Position numbers and translations under genes: made by a program
NCBI GenBank assembly: GCA_964195565.1
Contig: CAXMRN010000075.1
Span: 671 to 64,670, forward strand
DNA: 64,000 nt
Direction of reading: 5' to 3'
From: an uncultured Polyangiaceae bacterium
GTDB taxonomy: Bacteria; Myxococcota_A; Polyangia; Polyangiales; Houyiibacteriaceae
Part shown: one piece after another, positions 1-9,319 of the stretch
Numbering within the stretch: position 1 is the stretch's first letter
Layout: every line of letters starts with the position of its first letter
The notes under the pieces: model-generated
The model's input: the letters and a program-made list of their open reading frames with translations, nothing else
What the model was told of the DNA's origin: nothing
Database searches by the model: none

Positions 1-2151
1 GTCGACCTCGTGCTTGCAGCCTCGGTGGTCTTGGCGCTCGCAGCCACGACTCCGTTCCTGTGGACCATGCCCAGCGAAGGCGCGACGGACCACGCGGCGA
101 CCGAACGTGTACGGCCGCTCGGCTGGCTGCTTCGAGACAGCTACCTCTCGCGGGTCCTGGCACTTGTTGTGATGGGAACCATCGCGCTCACCGTCGTGGA
201 CTTCATCTTCAAGAGCACGGTCGCGGACCACATCTCGCCCGAGGGGCTCGGCCCATTTTTCGCACGCTTCTACCTGGGGCTGAACAGCGTGGCCCTGCTG
301 ATTCAAGTGGTGGGCGCCGGCTGGCTCTTGCGCGCGTTTGGCGCGCACCGCAGCTCCGCCTTGCTGCCGGCCCTGGTCTTCGGGGGCGCCATCGGTCTTG
401 CGTTGGGCCCTGTCCTGCTGTTCGCCGTAGCGCTCAAAGCAGTGGACGGGAGCTTGCGCCACACCCTCTATCGTAGCGCTGTCGAGGTGCTCTACCTGCC
501 GCTCGACAGCAGGCGCCGCGAGCGCGCCAAAGGCATCGTCGAGGTGTTTGGGCACCGCGGCGGGCAAGCGGTCGCGTCCTTGCTGATCATCGCGGCGGTC
601 GGAGTGGGCGTGTCGACGCAGCAGCTGGCGGTCGTCTTGCTCTTCCTGGTGGTCGCGTGGGTCGTCGCGATCATGTCGACCCGGCGTCAGTACGTCGATC
701 TGTTCCGCACCCGACTCCGGCAAGGGGTCATCGACACGCAGCTCGAGCTCGAAGAGTTGGACCGCCACTCTCTCGAAGTTCTGCTCAACGCGCTAAACAG
801 TGACCAGGACGCAGAGGTCATCGCTGCCCTCGACATCTTCGATCGGCACGGAAAAGCAGACCTGATTCCGGTCCTGGTCCTCTATCATCCCTCGACCGAA
901 GTCCGCAGCCGGGCATTGGAGGCGTTTGCGGAGGCCACCGATCGCCGCTTCATTCCGGTCGCCCGCCGCATGCTCTCGGACGAGAACCCAGAGATTCGGG
1001 CAGCGGCACTGCGGGCCCTCACCGCCGTGGTACCGAGCCGGGAACTCCTCGAAGAGAAGCTGGACCTCGAAGCGTCGATCGTTCGCGCCACCGCATTGGT
1101 CGGTCTCTTGTCGTTGAATCACGAGACGGGAAACGGCGCCGGGGTATCCCCGTCCAAGCTCGACGAGTGGACGCGCTCGCGTAACCCACGAACTCAATCA
1201 TCCCTCGCACGGGCGATTCGACATGAGGGCGGGCCGGTCTTCCACGAAGCCCTGATCGAGCTCATCGCGAGCGACGACGACTCCGTCCGGCTCGAGACCT
1301 TGGGGGCGATGGAGAGCAGTCCCGATCCCCGCTACCTGCCGCATCTGTTGCCACTGCTGGGGAGCTCTGATTTGCGAGCTGCCGCGCGCCGCGCCGTGGT
1401 GGCCATCGGGCCCGAGGCCCTGGTGGCACTCGACGAGGCCCTCGGGGATCTCTCGACGCCCCGAAAGGTGCGCCGCCGCATCCCTCACACCATCATCTTG
1501 TTCGGGTCACAGGAGGCCGCTGATGTTCTGCTCCAGCATTTGCATCGCGAACGTGAGGGCGGTGTACGCCTGAAGATCCTGCGGGCGCTCGGTCATCTGC
1601 GAGCAACCGAGCCCTCGCTGGTCCTCGACGACGCGCTCCTGGAGGAACAGCTCCGGAGCAGCTTGTTGCGGGTCGTGCAGCTTCTTCAATGGCGCGCGGC
1701 GATCGAGAGCAACGGGACGACGGAGACGACCGACGTCGAGCTTCTTCGAGTGGCGCTCGAAGACAAGGAACGCGCAGCCCTCGAGCGCGCGTTCGGGCTG
1801 ATGGGGCTCCGGCACCCTGAAGAAAACTTCGCCCTAGTCTGGCGCGGCGTCACGAGTGACAACGCGAAACTGCAGGCCGCCGGTCAAGAGGTGCTCGAAG
1901 CCGCATTGCTGGGCTCTTTCCGTGAAGCGGTGCTCGTCATCATCGATGACGGGGAGTCGCCGGCGCGGCGTGCGCGAGTCGCGGGGGCAGCCCTAGGCGA
2001 AGCCATTCAACCGCTGTCTCACGTAGAAGCGGTCGAAGAGATGATGCAAGATCGGAGCGAAGTGGTCCGCGGAATCGCGGCGCACCACACTGCGGAGCTC
2101 GCCCGAGAGACGAGTCCCATCGCGGCACAGGAGGTACCAAGCCTTGCCTGA
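1..2151 (+). CDS. Membrane transporter-like domain (TLC/MFS-like, about 6 visible TM helices) fused to a long C-terminal HEAT/ARM-repeat domain. 5' partial: the frame is open to the window start.
   Basis: The frame-1 ORF is open from nt 1. The N-terminal ~230 aa are hydrophobic helices. The remainder has repeated 'D..VR..A..AL' HEAT-like units (SDQDAEVIAALD, PSTEVRSRALEA, DENPEIRAAALRAL, DDDSVRLETLGA). Confidence 0.55.
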   Translation, partial: VDLVLAASVVLALAATTPFLWTMPSEGATDHAATERVRPLGWLLRDSYLSRVLALVVMGTIALTVVDFIFKSTVADHISPEGLGPFFARFYLGLNSVALLIQVVGAGWLLRAFGAHRSSALLPALVFGGAIGLALGPVLLFAVALKAVDGSLRHTLYRSAVEVLYLPLDSRRRERAKGIVEVFGHRGGQAVASLLIIAAVGVGVSTQQLAVVLLFLVVAWVVAIMSTRRQYVDLFRTRLRQGVIDTQLELEELDRHSLEVLLNALNSDQDAEVIAALDIFDRHGKADLIPVLVLYHPSTEVRSRALEAFAEATDRRFIPVARRMLSDENPEIRAAALRALTAVVPSRELLEEKLDLEASIVRATALVGLLSLNHETGNGAGVSPSKLDEWTRSRNPRTQSSLARAIRHEGGPVFHEALIELIASDDDSVRLETLGAMESSPDPRYLPHLLPLLGSSDLRAAARRAVVAIGPEALVALDEALGDLSTPRKVRRRIPHTIILFGSQEAADVLLQHLHREREGGVRLKILRALGHLRATEPSLVLDDALLEEQLRSSLLRVVQLLQWRAAIESNGTTETTDVELLRVALEDKERAALERAFGLMGLRHPEENFALVWRGVTSDNAKLQAAGQEVLEAALLGSFREAVLVIIDDGESPARRARVAGAALGEAIQPLSHVEAVEEMMQDRSEVVRGIAAHHTAELARETSPIAAQEVPSLA

Positions 2152-3079
2152 AACATCCCAAAAGCAGGCCAAAATGGATCGCTTTCAGCGGTTCTTGTTC
2201 TTGCGCACGATGCCGGGGCTCGACGAAGTGCCGCCCGAGGTCGCGCAAGTCATCGCGGCTAATACACGGGAGCGATTCTTTGAAAAGGGGGAGCACCTCT
2301 ACCGAAGTGGGGTCCCCGCACTGGAGATTCAATACGTAGTCAGCGGCGAGTGCGAGATCATCCGCAACGGACGAACCGTGCGCCGCTTGGGTCCACGTAG
2401 CGTAGTCGGCGGGGTCAGCGCGCTTGCAGGTGAGGAGCAAGGCTACGACTGCGTCGCGCTCGAAGACATGATCACGCTCGCGATCAACGTCGAAGATTCA
2501 CAAGAAATTTTCGAAGACCATTTCGTGCTGCTCAAGCGCGTGCTTCGAGGTACCAGTCGCGAGGTCCTCGAGTCACGACGCAAGCTCGGGCCAAGCGCAG
2601 GCTTCGGCCCCCTGTCGGAAGCGTTTGTGTTTCCCGATCGACCTTTTGATCTCGTCGAGCGAATGGCGTTTCTGCGAAAAACATTTTCGTTTGGCGATAG
2701 CGAGATCGACGCCATCGCTGACCTCGCCCGTGACGTACAAGAGGTCCACCTTCCCAAAGGCGAAGTCCTGTGGAACGTTGGCGATCGAAGCAGCTACTTC
2801 CTGCTCCCACTCCGTGGCGTCATCGACTGCCGGGCCTCCGATCCAGATCAACATTTTCAACTAGGCCCGAGCGACTCGGTAGGCGCCATCGACGCCATGG
2901 CCGACGAACGCCGCTGGTTCCGAGCCGAAGTGACTGAAGACCTAGTCGCCTTCCGCATCGACCAAGAGCTCCTCCTCGAAGTCCTAGAAGACCACTTCAC
3001 CATGGCGATGTCCCTCCTGAGAAGCATCGCCGCCGGCATCCTCCATCTCTACGACCAGGGACACTCTCCACCCCCCTAA
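2144..3079 (+). CDS. Protein with two tandem cyclic-nucleotide-binding (Crp/cNMP-like) domains
   Basis: Two beta-roll-like repeats ('F.KGE.LYR.G.....YVVSGE.EI' and 'LPKGEVLWNVGDRS.YFLLPLRGVIDC'). It overlaps the upstream stop by 8 nt. Confidence 0.65.
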   Translation: MPETSQKQAKMDRFQRFLFLRTMPGLDEVPPEVAQVIAANTRERFFEKGEHLYRSGVPALEIQYVVSGECEIIRNGRTVRRLGPRSVVGGVSALAGEEQGYDCVALEDMITLAINVEDSQEIFEDHFVLLKRVLRGTSREVLESRRKLGPSAGFGPLSEAFVFPDRPFDLVERMAFLRKTFSFGDSEIDAIADLARDVQEVHLPKGEVLWNVGDRSSYFLLPLRGVIDCRASDPDQHFQLGPSDSVGAIDAMADERRWFRAEVTEDLVAFRIDQELLLEVLEDHFTMAMSLLRSIAAGILHLYDQGHSPPP

Positions 3080-3127
3080 CACACTGAAATCACACTGCTT
3101 CTCAACAAAAGATCGCAGCCCTTGTAA

Positions 3128-3144
3128 CTGCTCGCTTGTTCAGT
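3128..3144 (+). promoter_or_regulatory. LexA-box-like operator upstream of imuA
   Basis: ctgctcgcttgttcagt matches 15 of 17 positions of the CTRHAMRYBYGTTCAGS motif, which I recall as the Myxococcus xanthus LexA box. It lies 16 nt upstream of the ATG at 3160. Confidence 0.5.
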
Positions 3145-3159
3145 ATATTGGGTGGTCCC

Positions 3160-3810
3160 ATGAGTGTTGGGACTGTCCTCGAAATCAAGGAGCGGCGCGA
3201 GCAAGCGAAGGCTTTGCCGTTGTCTGAGTCGTTACCTCTGTCCGAGTCGTTACCTCCGGGACGCTTGGTCGAGGTCTCGGGGGAGCATGCTTGTGCACGG
3301 ACGACGACTGCGGTGTCGTGTGTGACCGAGGCGCAGGCATGTGGTGAGCTCGTCGCCTGGGTGCAGCCCAAGGGCGGCGCGTTGTTTCCTCCCGACCTCG
3401 AGGCGGCAGGAGTTGATCTCGATTCGTTCATCGCGATTCACGTGCCGCGACATGCGGGTCCGTTCGCATTGGTTCGTGCGACTGAATGGCTTGCTCGGTC
3501 CGGTGCGTTCGGGTTGACGGTCATCGACCTCACCGATGCCCTGCCGCCCGGCTCTTCGGTGAACTGGCAAGGCCGCCTTCAAGGTCTGTTGCGTCAATAT
3601 GATGGACGCGTTCTCTTGCTCACTTCGAGTGCGTACGAAGCTCCTTCTTCCGGCCCATTGGTAGGCTTGCGTGTCGAGCCTCGACGCGGCCCTCTTCATG
3701 CTGATCGCTTCGAAGTCCGCACGCATGTTCTCAAAGACAAAGTCGGCTTTGCCACCGAGCTTGCGTCGACGAAGCCCATCGCGCCGGCAGGTCTACGAGG
3801 CGCATCATGA
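3160..3810 (+). CDS. imuA: ImuA (RecA/SulA-fold SOS mutagenesis cassette protein)
   Basis: Its position directly before imuB and dnaE2, its size of about 216 aa, and 'LVEVSGE...ARTT' resembling a degenerate RecA-like P-loop region. The track ORF starts at TTG 3136, but ATG 3160 is preferred because 3136 lies inside the LexA box. Confidence 0.65.
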   Translation: MSVGTVLEIKERREQAKALPLSESLPLSESLPPGRLVEVSGEHACARTTTAVSCVTEAQACGELVAWVQPKGGALFPPDLEAAGVDLDSFIAIHVPRHAGPFALVRATEWLARSGAFGLTVIDLTDALPPGSSVNWQGRLQGLLRQYDGRVLLLTSSAYEAPSSGPLVGLRVEPRRGPLHADRFEVRTHVLKDKVGFATELASTKPIAPAGLRGAS

Positions 3811-5288
3811 AACGGGTGAGTTGTGTTCTGTTGCCTATGCTTCCGTTGCAAATTCTGTTGCGTGAAAAACCACACTGGGCTGACGCACCGGTCGCCGTCG
3901 TCGACGATGAAGGTCCCAATGGCCGCATCACGCATCTCAATCTGCTCGCAAAAAAGAGCCGCCTCCGCATCGGTATGCGTCAAACCGTCGCGCGTGATCT
4001 CCTCCCAAACCTACACACTGCCGTCGTGTCGCCCGAACGAGCCTCGGAGGTCAGCCGCGAACTGATCACTTCTCTTCAAACGTTCTCCCCTCGAGTCGAA
4101 GCGATCGCTCACGCGGGCGCGTTCCATATCGACCCCGAAGGTCTCCGTCGTCTTTACGGTGGTTACCGCAACTGGGCGACGTCCATTCATCGGTATTTGC
4201 AGGCTCGGCACTGGCGAAACTCGGTGACGGTCGGCTTTCATCGCCAACGAGCGCTCGCGGTCGCGATGACCCATGGCGGGGTTACCATCTTGCAGAGTGC
4301 CGACGAAGAGCGTGAGCGTTCGAACGAGACGCCACTTGGTGAGTTCGATCTGCCTGGTGAGCTTTGCGAAAGCTTCGGAGCGTTGGGCATCGAAACATTG
4401 GGCGACTTTCTCGCTTTGCCTCCAGGTGAACTTCACAGTCGTTTTGGTGCCAAGGCGAGCGCACTCCACGACTCGTTTGCCGAGGGCATGCAGTTGCCCA
4501 TTCAACCCCACGCGTTCGACGACCCATCGCGTATCTCTTTTCAAGTCGACCCACCCGACGACAATCAAGACCGCTTGCTCTTCGCGATCAAAGGCGCTCT
4601 GCATTCATTACTGCATCAGGTTCGTGCACGTGGCGAAGCAGTTCAGTCACTGCAGCTTTCCCTTCACTTGGAGCGTGCGCCTCTTCATCAAGAGCACATC
4701 GAGCCTGCTTCGCCGACTTTGGATTTGATGTTGGTGCTCGAGCTCATCCGTCTTCGATTGGGCGAAGCAAGCTTGCAAGGCGCCGTCGAGGAAGTGGAGA
4801 TCGTTGCCAACACAGTGCGCGCACGTGCAGAACAAGTTGCGCTCCCCGGCCATCAACCACGTCGTGACATGAGCGCTGCACATCGCGCGCTCGATCGAAT
4901 CCGTGCAGCGTACGGCGAGCACTCGGTGACGACGGCCCACGTGCGCGAGGCCCATTTGCCAGAGGCCTCCTTCCGCTTTGAGCCCATCCAACACGCGCGG
5001 CTTAGCGACCGAGCTTCGGTGCCTCCACTTTCTTCAATGGTTCGGCGTGTTTACAGCCGCCCGAAGCCTCTTCCTCCCCGCAGGCCAAAAGAACCCGAGG
5101 CCGGCCCTACGCTCGCAAAGGACCACGCGATCGAACACATGTACGGGCCGTACCGCGTGAGTGGGGGTTGGTGGAAGCGGCTCGTCGAACGCGACTACTA
5201 CTACGCCGAGACCGACCACGGTGATCTGCTTTGGCTCTTCTACGATCGTCCGCGGAAGCGATGGTTCTTGCATGGAGTGCTCGATTGA
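3807..5288 (+). CDS. imuB: ImuB (Y-family DNA polymerase-like, non-catalytic)
   Basis: N-terminus 'CVLLPMLPLQILLRE...PVAVVDD' is typical of the UmuC/DinB fold. ATGA overlap with imuA; followed by dnaE2. Confidence 0.8.
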   Translation: MKRVSCVLLPMLPLQILLREKPHWADAPVAVVDDEGPNGRITHLNLLAKKSRLRIGMRQTVARDLLPNLHTAVVSPERASEVSRELITSLQTFSPRVEAIAHAGAFHIDPEGLRRLYGGYRNWATSIHRYLQARHWRNSVTVGFHRQRALAVAMTHGGVTILQSADEERERSNETPLGEFDLPGELCESFGALGIETLGDFLALPPGELHSRFGAKASALHDSFAEGMQLPIQPHAFDDPSRISFQVDPPDDNQDRLLFAIKGALHSLLHQVRARGEAVQSLQLSLHLERAPLHQEHIEPASPTLDLMLVLELIRLRLGEASLQGAVEEVEIVANTVRARAEQVALPGHQPRRDMSAAHRALDRIRAAYGEHSVTTAHVREAHLPEASFRFEPIQHARLSDRASVPPLSSMVRRVYSRPKPLPPRRPKEPEAGPTLAKDHAIEHMYGPYRVSGGWWKRLVERDYYYAETDHGDLLWLFYDRPRKRWFLHGVLD

Positions 5289-8200
5289 ATGAGCGCTTAC
5301 GTTCCGTTGTGGGTCAAGAGCAATCACAGCTTTTTGGAAGGTGCTTCTTTCCCCGAAGAGTTGGTTGAGCAGGCGCACGCGCTCGGTCTTCCCGCAGTTG
5401 CCATTACAGACCGTGATGGCGTCTATGGTCTCGTGCGTGCACACATGCGGGCCAAGGAGCTCGGCATCCGCATCGTCACAGGCGCACAACTCACAGTCGA
5501 CATCGAGGGAAGTGCCCACCACGTCGTAGCGCTCGCCAAAACTCGACGTGGCTATGCCGATCTGTGTCGTTCACTTTCACTGGGTCATGCACGATGTGAA
5601 AAAGGCGTTGCTCTCATCACTCCGTCAGACCTCGAGCAGGCTCGAGACGTGTTCTTTCTGTGCACGACCCCCGCCACGCTGCGTGTGCTGCATGCAAGCC
5701 ATGGCCCTTCATCGTTGTTCGCTCTTTGCGCACGTCACCTCACCGACCGCGAGAAACCGCGCGAAAAGGGATTGCGGTCTGTCGCAAAGGAGCTCGATGT
5801 GCAGACGGTAGGCGCGAACGAGGTTCTCTATCACGACAAGCTCCGGCGCCCGCTACAAGACATTTTGGCCTGTATTCGTGGGGGAAAAGTCCTTTCCGAG
5901 GCGGGCCACACCATTTGTGCAAACGCAGAACACGACCTCAAACCCGCGGATGAGCTCGCTCGCCTCTTCGCAGACGACCCAGCGAGCCTCCGTCGCACAC
6001 TCGACATTGCGGAACAGTGTGCGTTCAGCCTCGATGATCTTCGTTATCGGTACCCAGAAGAGCACCTTCCCTCCGGACGAAGTGAGCAGGGGTGGCTGCG
6101 CGATCTTGCGTTTCAAGGTGCGCGTAGACGCTACCAAGGCAAGGTGCCTGCTGACGTTCGAACACAGCTCGAACGAGAACTCCAGATCATCCGCAAGCTC
6201 GACTACGGAGGATACTTCCTCACGATGTACGAGATCGTTCAGTACTGCAGACAGCAGAGCATCTTGTGCCAAGGTCGTGGCAGCGCCGCGAACAGCGCAG
6301 TGTGTTTTTGTTTAGGCATCACCGCCATCGATCCCGTGCGCATGGATCTGTTGTTCGAGCGGTTCTTGAGCGTCGAACGTGCCGAGCCGCCTGACATCGA
6401 TCTCGACATCGAGCACGATCGCCGCGAAGAAGTCATCCAGCACGTCTACGAAAAGTACGGCCGTCGACATGCCGCAATGGTCGCGAACATCATTCGGTAT
6501 CGCATCCGCTCCGCGGTGCGTGACGTGGGCAAGGTGCTCGGCTTGTCTCGAACAGATCTCGAGACCGCCACTCGGCTTCTCAGGCACCGAGACGACATCC
6601 TCAACCCCGAGCTTCTCCAAGAAGCAGGGCTCGAAAAGGACTCCCCGGCGACCCATCACCTTTGGTCTCTCGCCTCTCAAATAGTGGATTTTCCTCGGCA
6701 TTTATCGATTCATCCGGGGGGCTTCTTGCTTGGTCATCGTCCAGTCGACGAGATCGTTCCCATCGAGCCGGCCACCATGGAGGCGCGTACCGTGATCCAA
6801 TGGGACAAGTACGACGTCGATAATCTCGCGTTGTTCAAGGTCGACCTCTTGGGCCTCGGCGCGCTCACTTGCATCCACCATGCGTTTGATCTGCTGCGCG
6901 AGCACAAGGGGCAGTCACTCGAAATTGCAACCGTTCCCGCTGAAGACAAAGCCACGTACGACATGGTGTCACGAGGCGATACGGTCGGCGTATTTCAAAT
7001 CGAGAGCCGCGCGCAGATGGCGATGTTGCCACGGCTTCGCCCACGGACGTTCTACGACTTGGTCATCGAAGTGGCGATCGTACGACCGGGTCCCATTCAA
7101 GGCGATATGGTGCATCCCTATCTACGACGACGCAAAGGCGAAGAAGAAGTCCTCTACCCACACCCGAAGCTCGAACGCATTTTGAGCAAAACCCTCGGCG
7201 TTCCGATCTTTCAAGAACAAGTCATGAAGCTTGCCGTCGAAGCGGCAGGGTACACACCTGGAGAAGCGGACCAGCTGCGCCGTGACATGGCAGCATGGCG
7301 GAAGTCGGGGCGAATCGAGAAGCATCGAACGCGCATGATCCCGCGCATGCTGGCCGAAGGCATTCCCGAGGAGTTTGCCGAACGCGTGTTCTCGCAGATC
7401 AGAGGCTTCGGTGAATACGGCTTCCCGGAGAGTCACGCGGCCTCCTTTGCGTTGCTGGCGTACGTCACCGCGTGGCTCCGATGTCACCATCACGACGCAT
7501 TCACCTGCGCGATTCTGAACGCTCAACCGATGGGGTTTTACACCCCAGCCACCTTGGTAGAAGACGCCAAACGCCACGGCGTCGAAGTCCTCCCCATCGA
7601 CATCAACAAAAGCCAATGGGACTGCAGCTTAAGCCCTGTAGACGAAGCAAAACGTCGACTTTACAGGGTGAGGATGGGGCTTCGATACGTGAAGGGGCTC
7701 GGCGTCATCGAGCGGGAGCGGCTCGAATCGAGTGAACCTCCATACCCAAACCTCGCGACCTTCGTTCGCCAAACCCGACTGAACAAGAAGGCGCTGCATG
7801 CACTCGCCGAAGCCGGCGCGTTTGAGTGCTTTGGCCTCAACCGACGTGACGCGATTTGGCAGGTGCGTAGCTTATCGCGATTCGCGCAAGACTCCTTGCC
7901 GCTCGAGCCCGCATCGAGTCAGATCTCATTCGCATCGTTGGCGAGCGACGATGAAGTGATCTGGGACTATCGCTCGACTCATCACAGCACACGTGGTCAC
8001 CCCATGAGAGGGCTCCGTCATGCCTTGCGTTCCCGAGGCATCCCTGAAGCCATGCGCATTCACGACTGTACACACGGAGACGAACTCGACTACGTCGGCA
8101 TGGTGATCTGCCGTCAGCGCCCAGGCACCGCATCGGGCGTCACCTTCTTCACGCTCGAAGATGAAACTGGTTTCGTCAACGTCGTCGTGTGGAAGCAAGT

Positions 8201-8360
8201 GTTCGAGCGACACGCCGCACTCGCCAAGACGGCCGCACTACTCGGTGTAACAGGCGAGATTCAAAAGGCAGACGGAGTCATTCACCTGATGGCCAAATCA
8301 CTATGGGCACCGGACGTGGCCCTGGCCGACCAAACGCATCGCTCTCGCGATTTTCACTAA
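5289..8360 (+). CDS. dnaE2: Error-prone DNA polymerase III alpha-like subunit DnaE2
   Basis: 1023 aa with a PHP domain ('AVAITDRDGVYG'), a Pol III alpha core ('GRGSAANSAVCFCLGIT', 'PDIDLDIEH') and an OB fold at the C-terminus. Cassette context with imuAB. Confidence 0.95.
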   Translation: MSAYVPLWVKSNHSFLEGASFPEELVEQAHALGLPAVAITDRDGVYGLVRAHMRAKELGIRIVTGAQLTVDIEGSAHHVVALAKTRRGYADLCRSLSLGHARCEKGVALITPSDLEQARDVFFLCTTPATLRVLHASHGPSSLFALCARHLTDREKPREKGLRSVAKELDVQTVGANEVLYHDKLRRPLQDILACIRGGKVLSEAGHTICANAEHDLKPADELARLFADDPASLRRTLDIAEQCAFSLDDLRYRYPEEHLPSGRSEQGWLRDLAFQGARRRYQGKVPADVRTQLERELQIIRKLDYGGYFLTMYEIVQYCRQQSILCQGRGSAANSAVCFCLGITAIDPVRMDLLFERFLSVERAEPPDIDLDIEHDRREEVIQHVYEKYGRRHAAMVANIIRYRIRSAVRDVGKVLGLSRTDLETATRLLRHRDDILNPELLQEAGLEKDSPATHHLWSLASQIVDFPRHLSIHPGGFLLGHRPVDEIVPIEPATMEARTVIQWDKYDVDNLALFKVDLLGLGALTCIHHAFDLLREHKGQSLEIATVPAEDKATYDMVSRGDTVGVFQIESRAQMAMLPRLRPRTFYDLVIEVAIVRPGPIQGDMVHPYLRRRKGEEEVLYPHPKLERILSKTLGVPIFQEQVMKLAVEAAGYTPGEADQLRRDMAAWRKSGRIEKHRTRMIPRMLAEGIPEEFAERVFSQIRGFGEYGFPESHAASFALLAYVTAWLRCHHHDAFTCAILNAQPMGFYTPATLVEDAKRHGVEVLPIDINKSQWDCSLSPVDEAKRRLYRVRMGLRYVKGLGVIERERLESSEPPYPNLATFVRQTRLNKKALHALAEAGAFECFGLNRRDAIWQVRSLSRFAQDSLPLEPASSQISFASLASDDEVIWDYRSTHHSTRGHPMRGLRHALRSRGIPEAMRIHDCTHGDELDYVGMVICRQRPGTASGVTFFTLEDETGFVNVVVWKQVFERHAALAKTAALLGVTGEIQKADGVIHLMAKSLWAPDVALADQTHRSRDFH

Positions 8361-8369
8361 CCAACGCGA

Positions 8370-8786
8370 TCAGCCGAAGCCCAAGAGGCCAAGCTGAACG
8401 ATCCAATAGGCTTCGATGCCCAATTGAAAGAAGAGGAACGTGACTCGCAGCGTTACCGCGATCTCACTGATCGAGATCAGATGCACGGTCGACTGGGCGA
8501 CTCGTGCAGCGAGTACCCAGCGCGCAAGCGGATCGGTGATTTCACCGTGACCCGTCACCATCGCAAGCAGGATCAACGCCGCAAAGACGGCGATGTTCTC
8601 GTAGCAGTTGGCGTGCGCGCGGCAGAGCCTCCCCGAAAACGGGGAGAGGTCCTCGCCCCAGGGCGCAAACGCGTTCGCCGCACGCTCCTTTTTGAGCACG
8701 TACACCGTTCGAAGGAGCACGATCCAGACGAGCAACAACACCGTCCATGCGGCGTAACCGATCAGTGCAAGAGCGGATGGTGACAT
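8370..8786 (-). CDS. MAPEG-family small membrane protein
   Basis: 138 aa with 4 predicted TM helices and 'R...AH.N..EN...F' resembling the MAPEG signature. Confidence 0.55.
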   Translation of the reverse strand: MSPSALALIGYAAWTVLLLVWIVLLRTVYVLKKERAANAFAPWGEDLSPFSGRLCRAHANCYENIAVFAALILLAMVTGHGEITDPLARWVLAARVAQSTVHLISISEIAVTLRVTFLFFQLGIEAYWIVQLGLLGFG

Positions 8787-8815
8787 CGTGATCTCCTAGT
8801 GGTTGTCGTGGCCAA

Positions 8816-9319
8816 CTACTCGAGCGGCAGCTCCGGCTCATCGCGGCGCGGCTGCAGGCTCTCCCGCTCGATGGTGCGCACGCATGCGTTCCACCTCAAG
8901 ATTGCATCATCGACGCCGGCCGGCTTGAGCCCTTCGGCCTGCTCGTAGTGCTGCATCGCCTCGTGGAGGCCCTCGTACGCAAAGGCGCGCTCCATCCCGC
9001 CGTGCTGGAGATGCGCTCGGCCTTGACGCTCCGCGACCAGCCCGGCGTAGTACGCGCGCTCGTAGTCCCCAGGGAGCATGGCCAGGTGTTCTTTCGCCCG
9101 ACGGACCGCGTGGGAGCCCCCGCCCTGCTGGAACTGGTCGCTGAGCGACAGGATAAGCGTGATACGCGCCGGGAGGTTCCCCGGTTCGATCGCGAGGATG
9201 TCGAGGCAAATGCTCTCGGCTTGGTCTGGATCATTGAGCAAGCGGTAATGCTCGGCCCTTTGGACGGCGCGCTCGATCGCGTCAGTGGAAATGCGTTTGA
9301 GGGCGAAGCGTTCTGTCAT
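8816..9319 (-). CDS. Hypothetical helical/TPR-like protein, translationally coupled downstream of sdhB
   Basis: 167 aa, helical-repeat-like composition, ATGA overlap with the sdhB stop (9316-9319). No catalytic motif recognised. Confidence 0.45.
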   Translation of the reverse strand: MTERFALKRISTDAIERAVQRAEHYRLLNDPDQAESICLDILAIEPGNLPARITLILSLSDQFQQGGGSHAVRRAKEHLAMLPGDYERAYYAGLVAERQGRAHLQHGGMERAFAYEGLHEAMQHYEQAEGLKPAGVDDAILRWNACVRTIERESLQPRRDEPELPLE

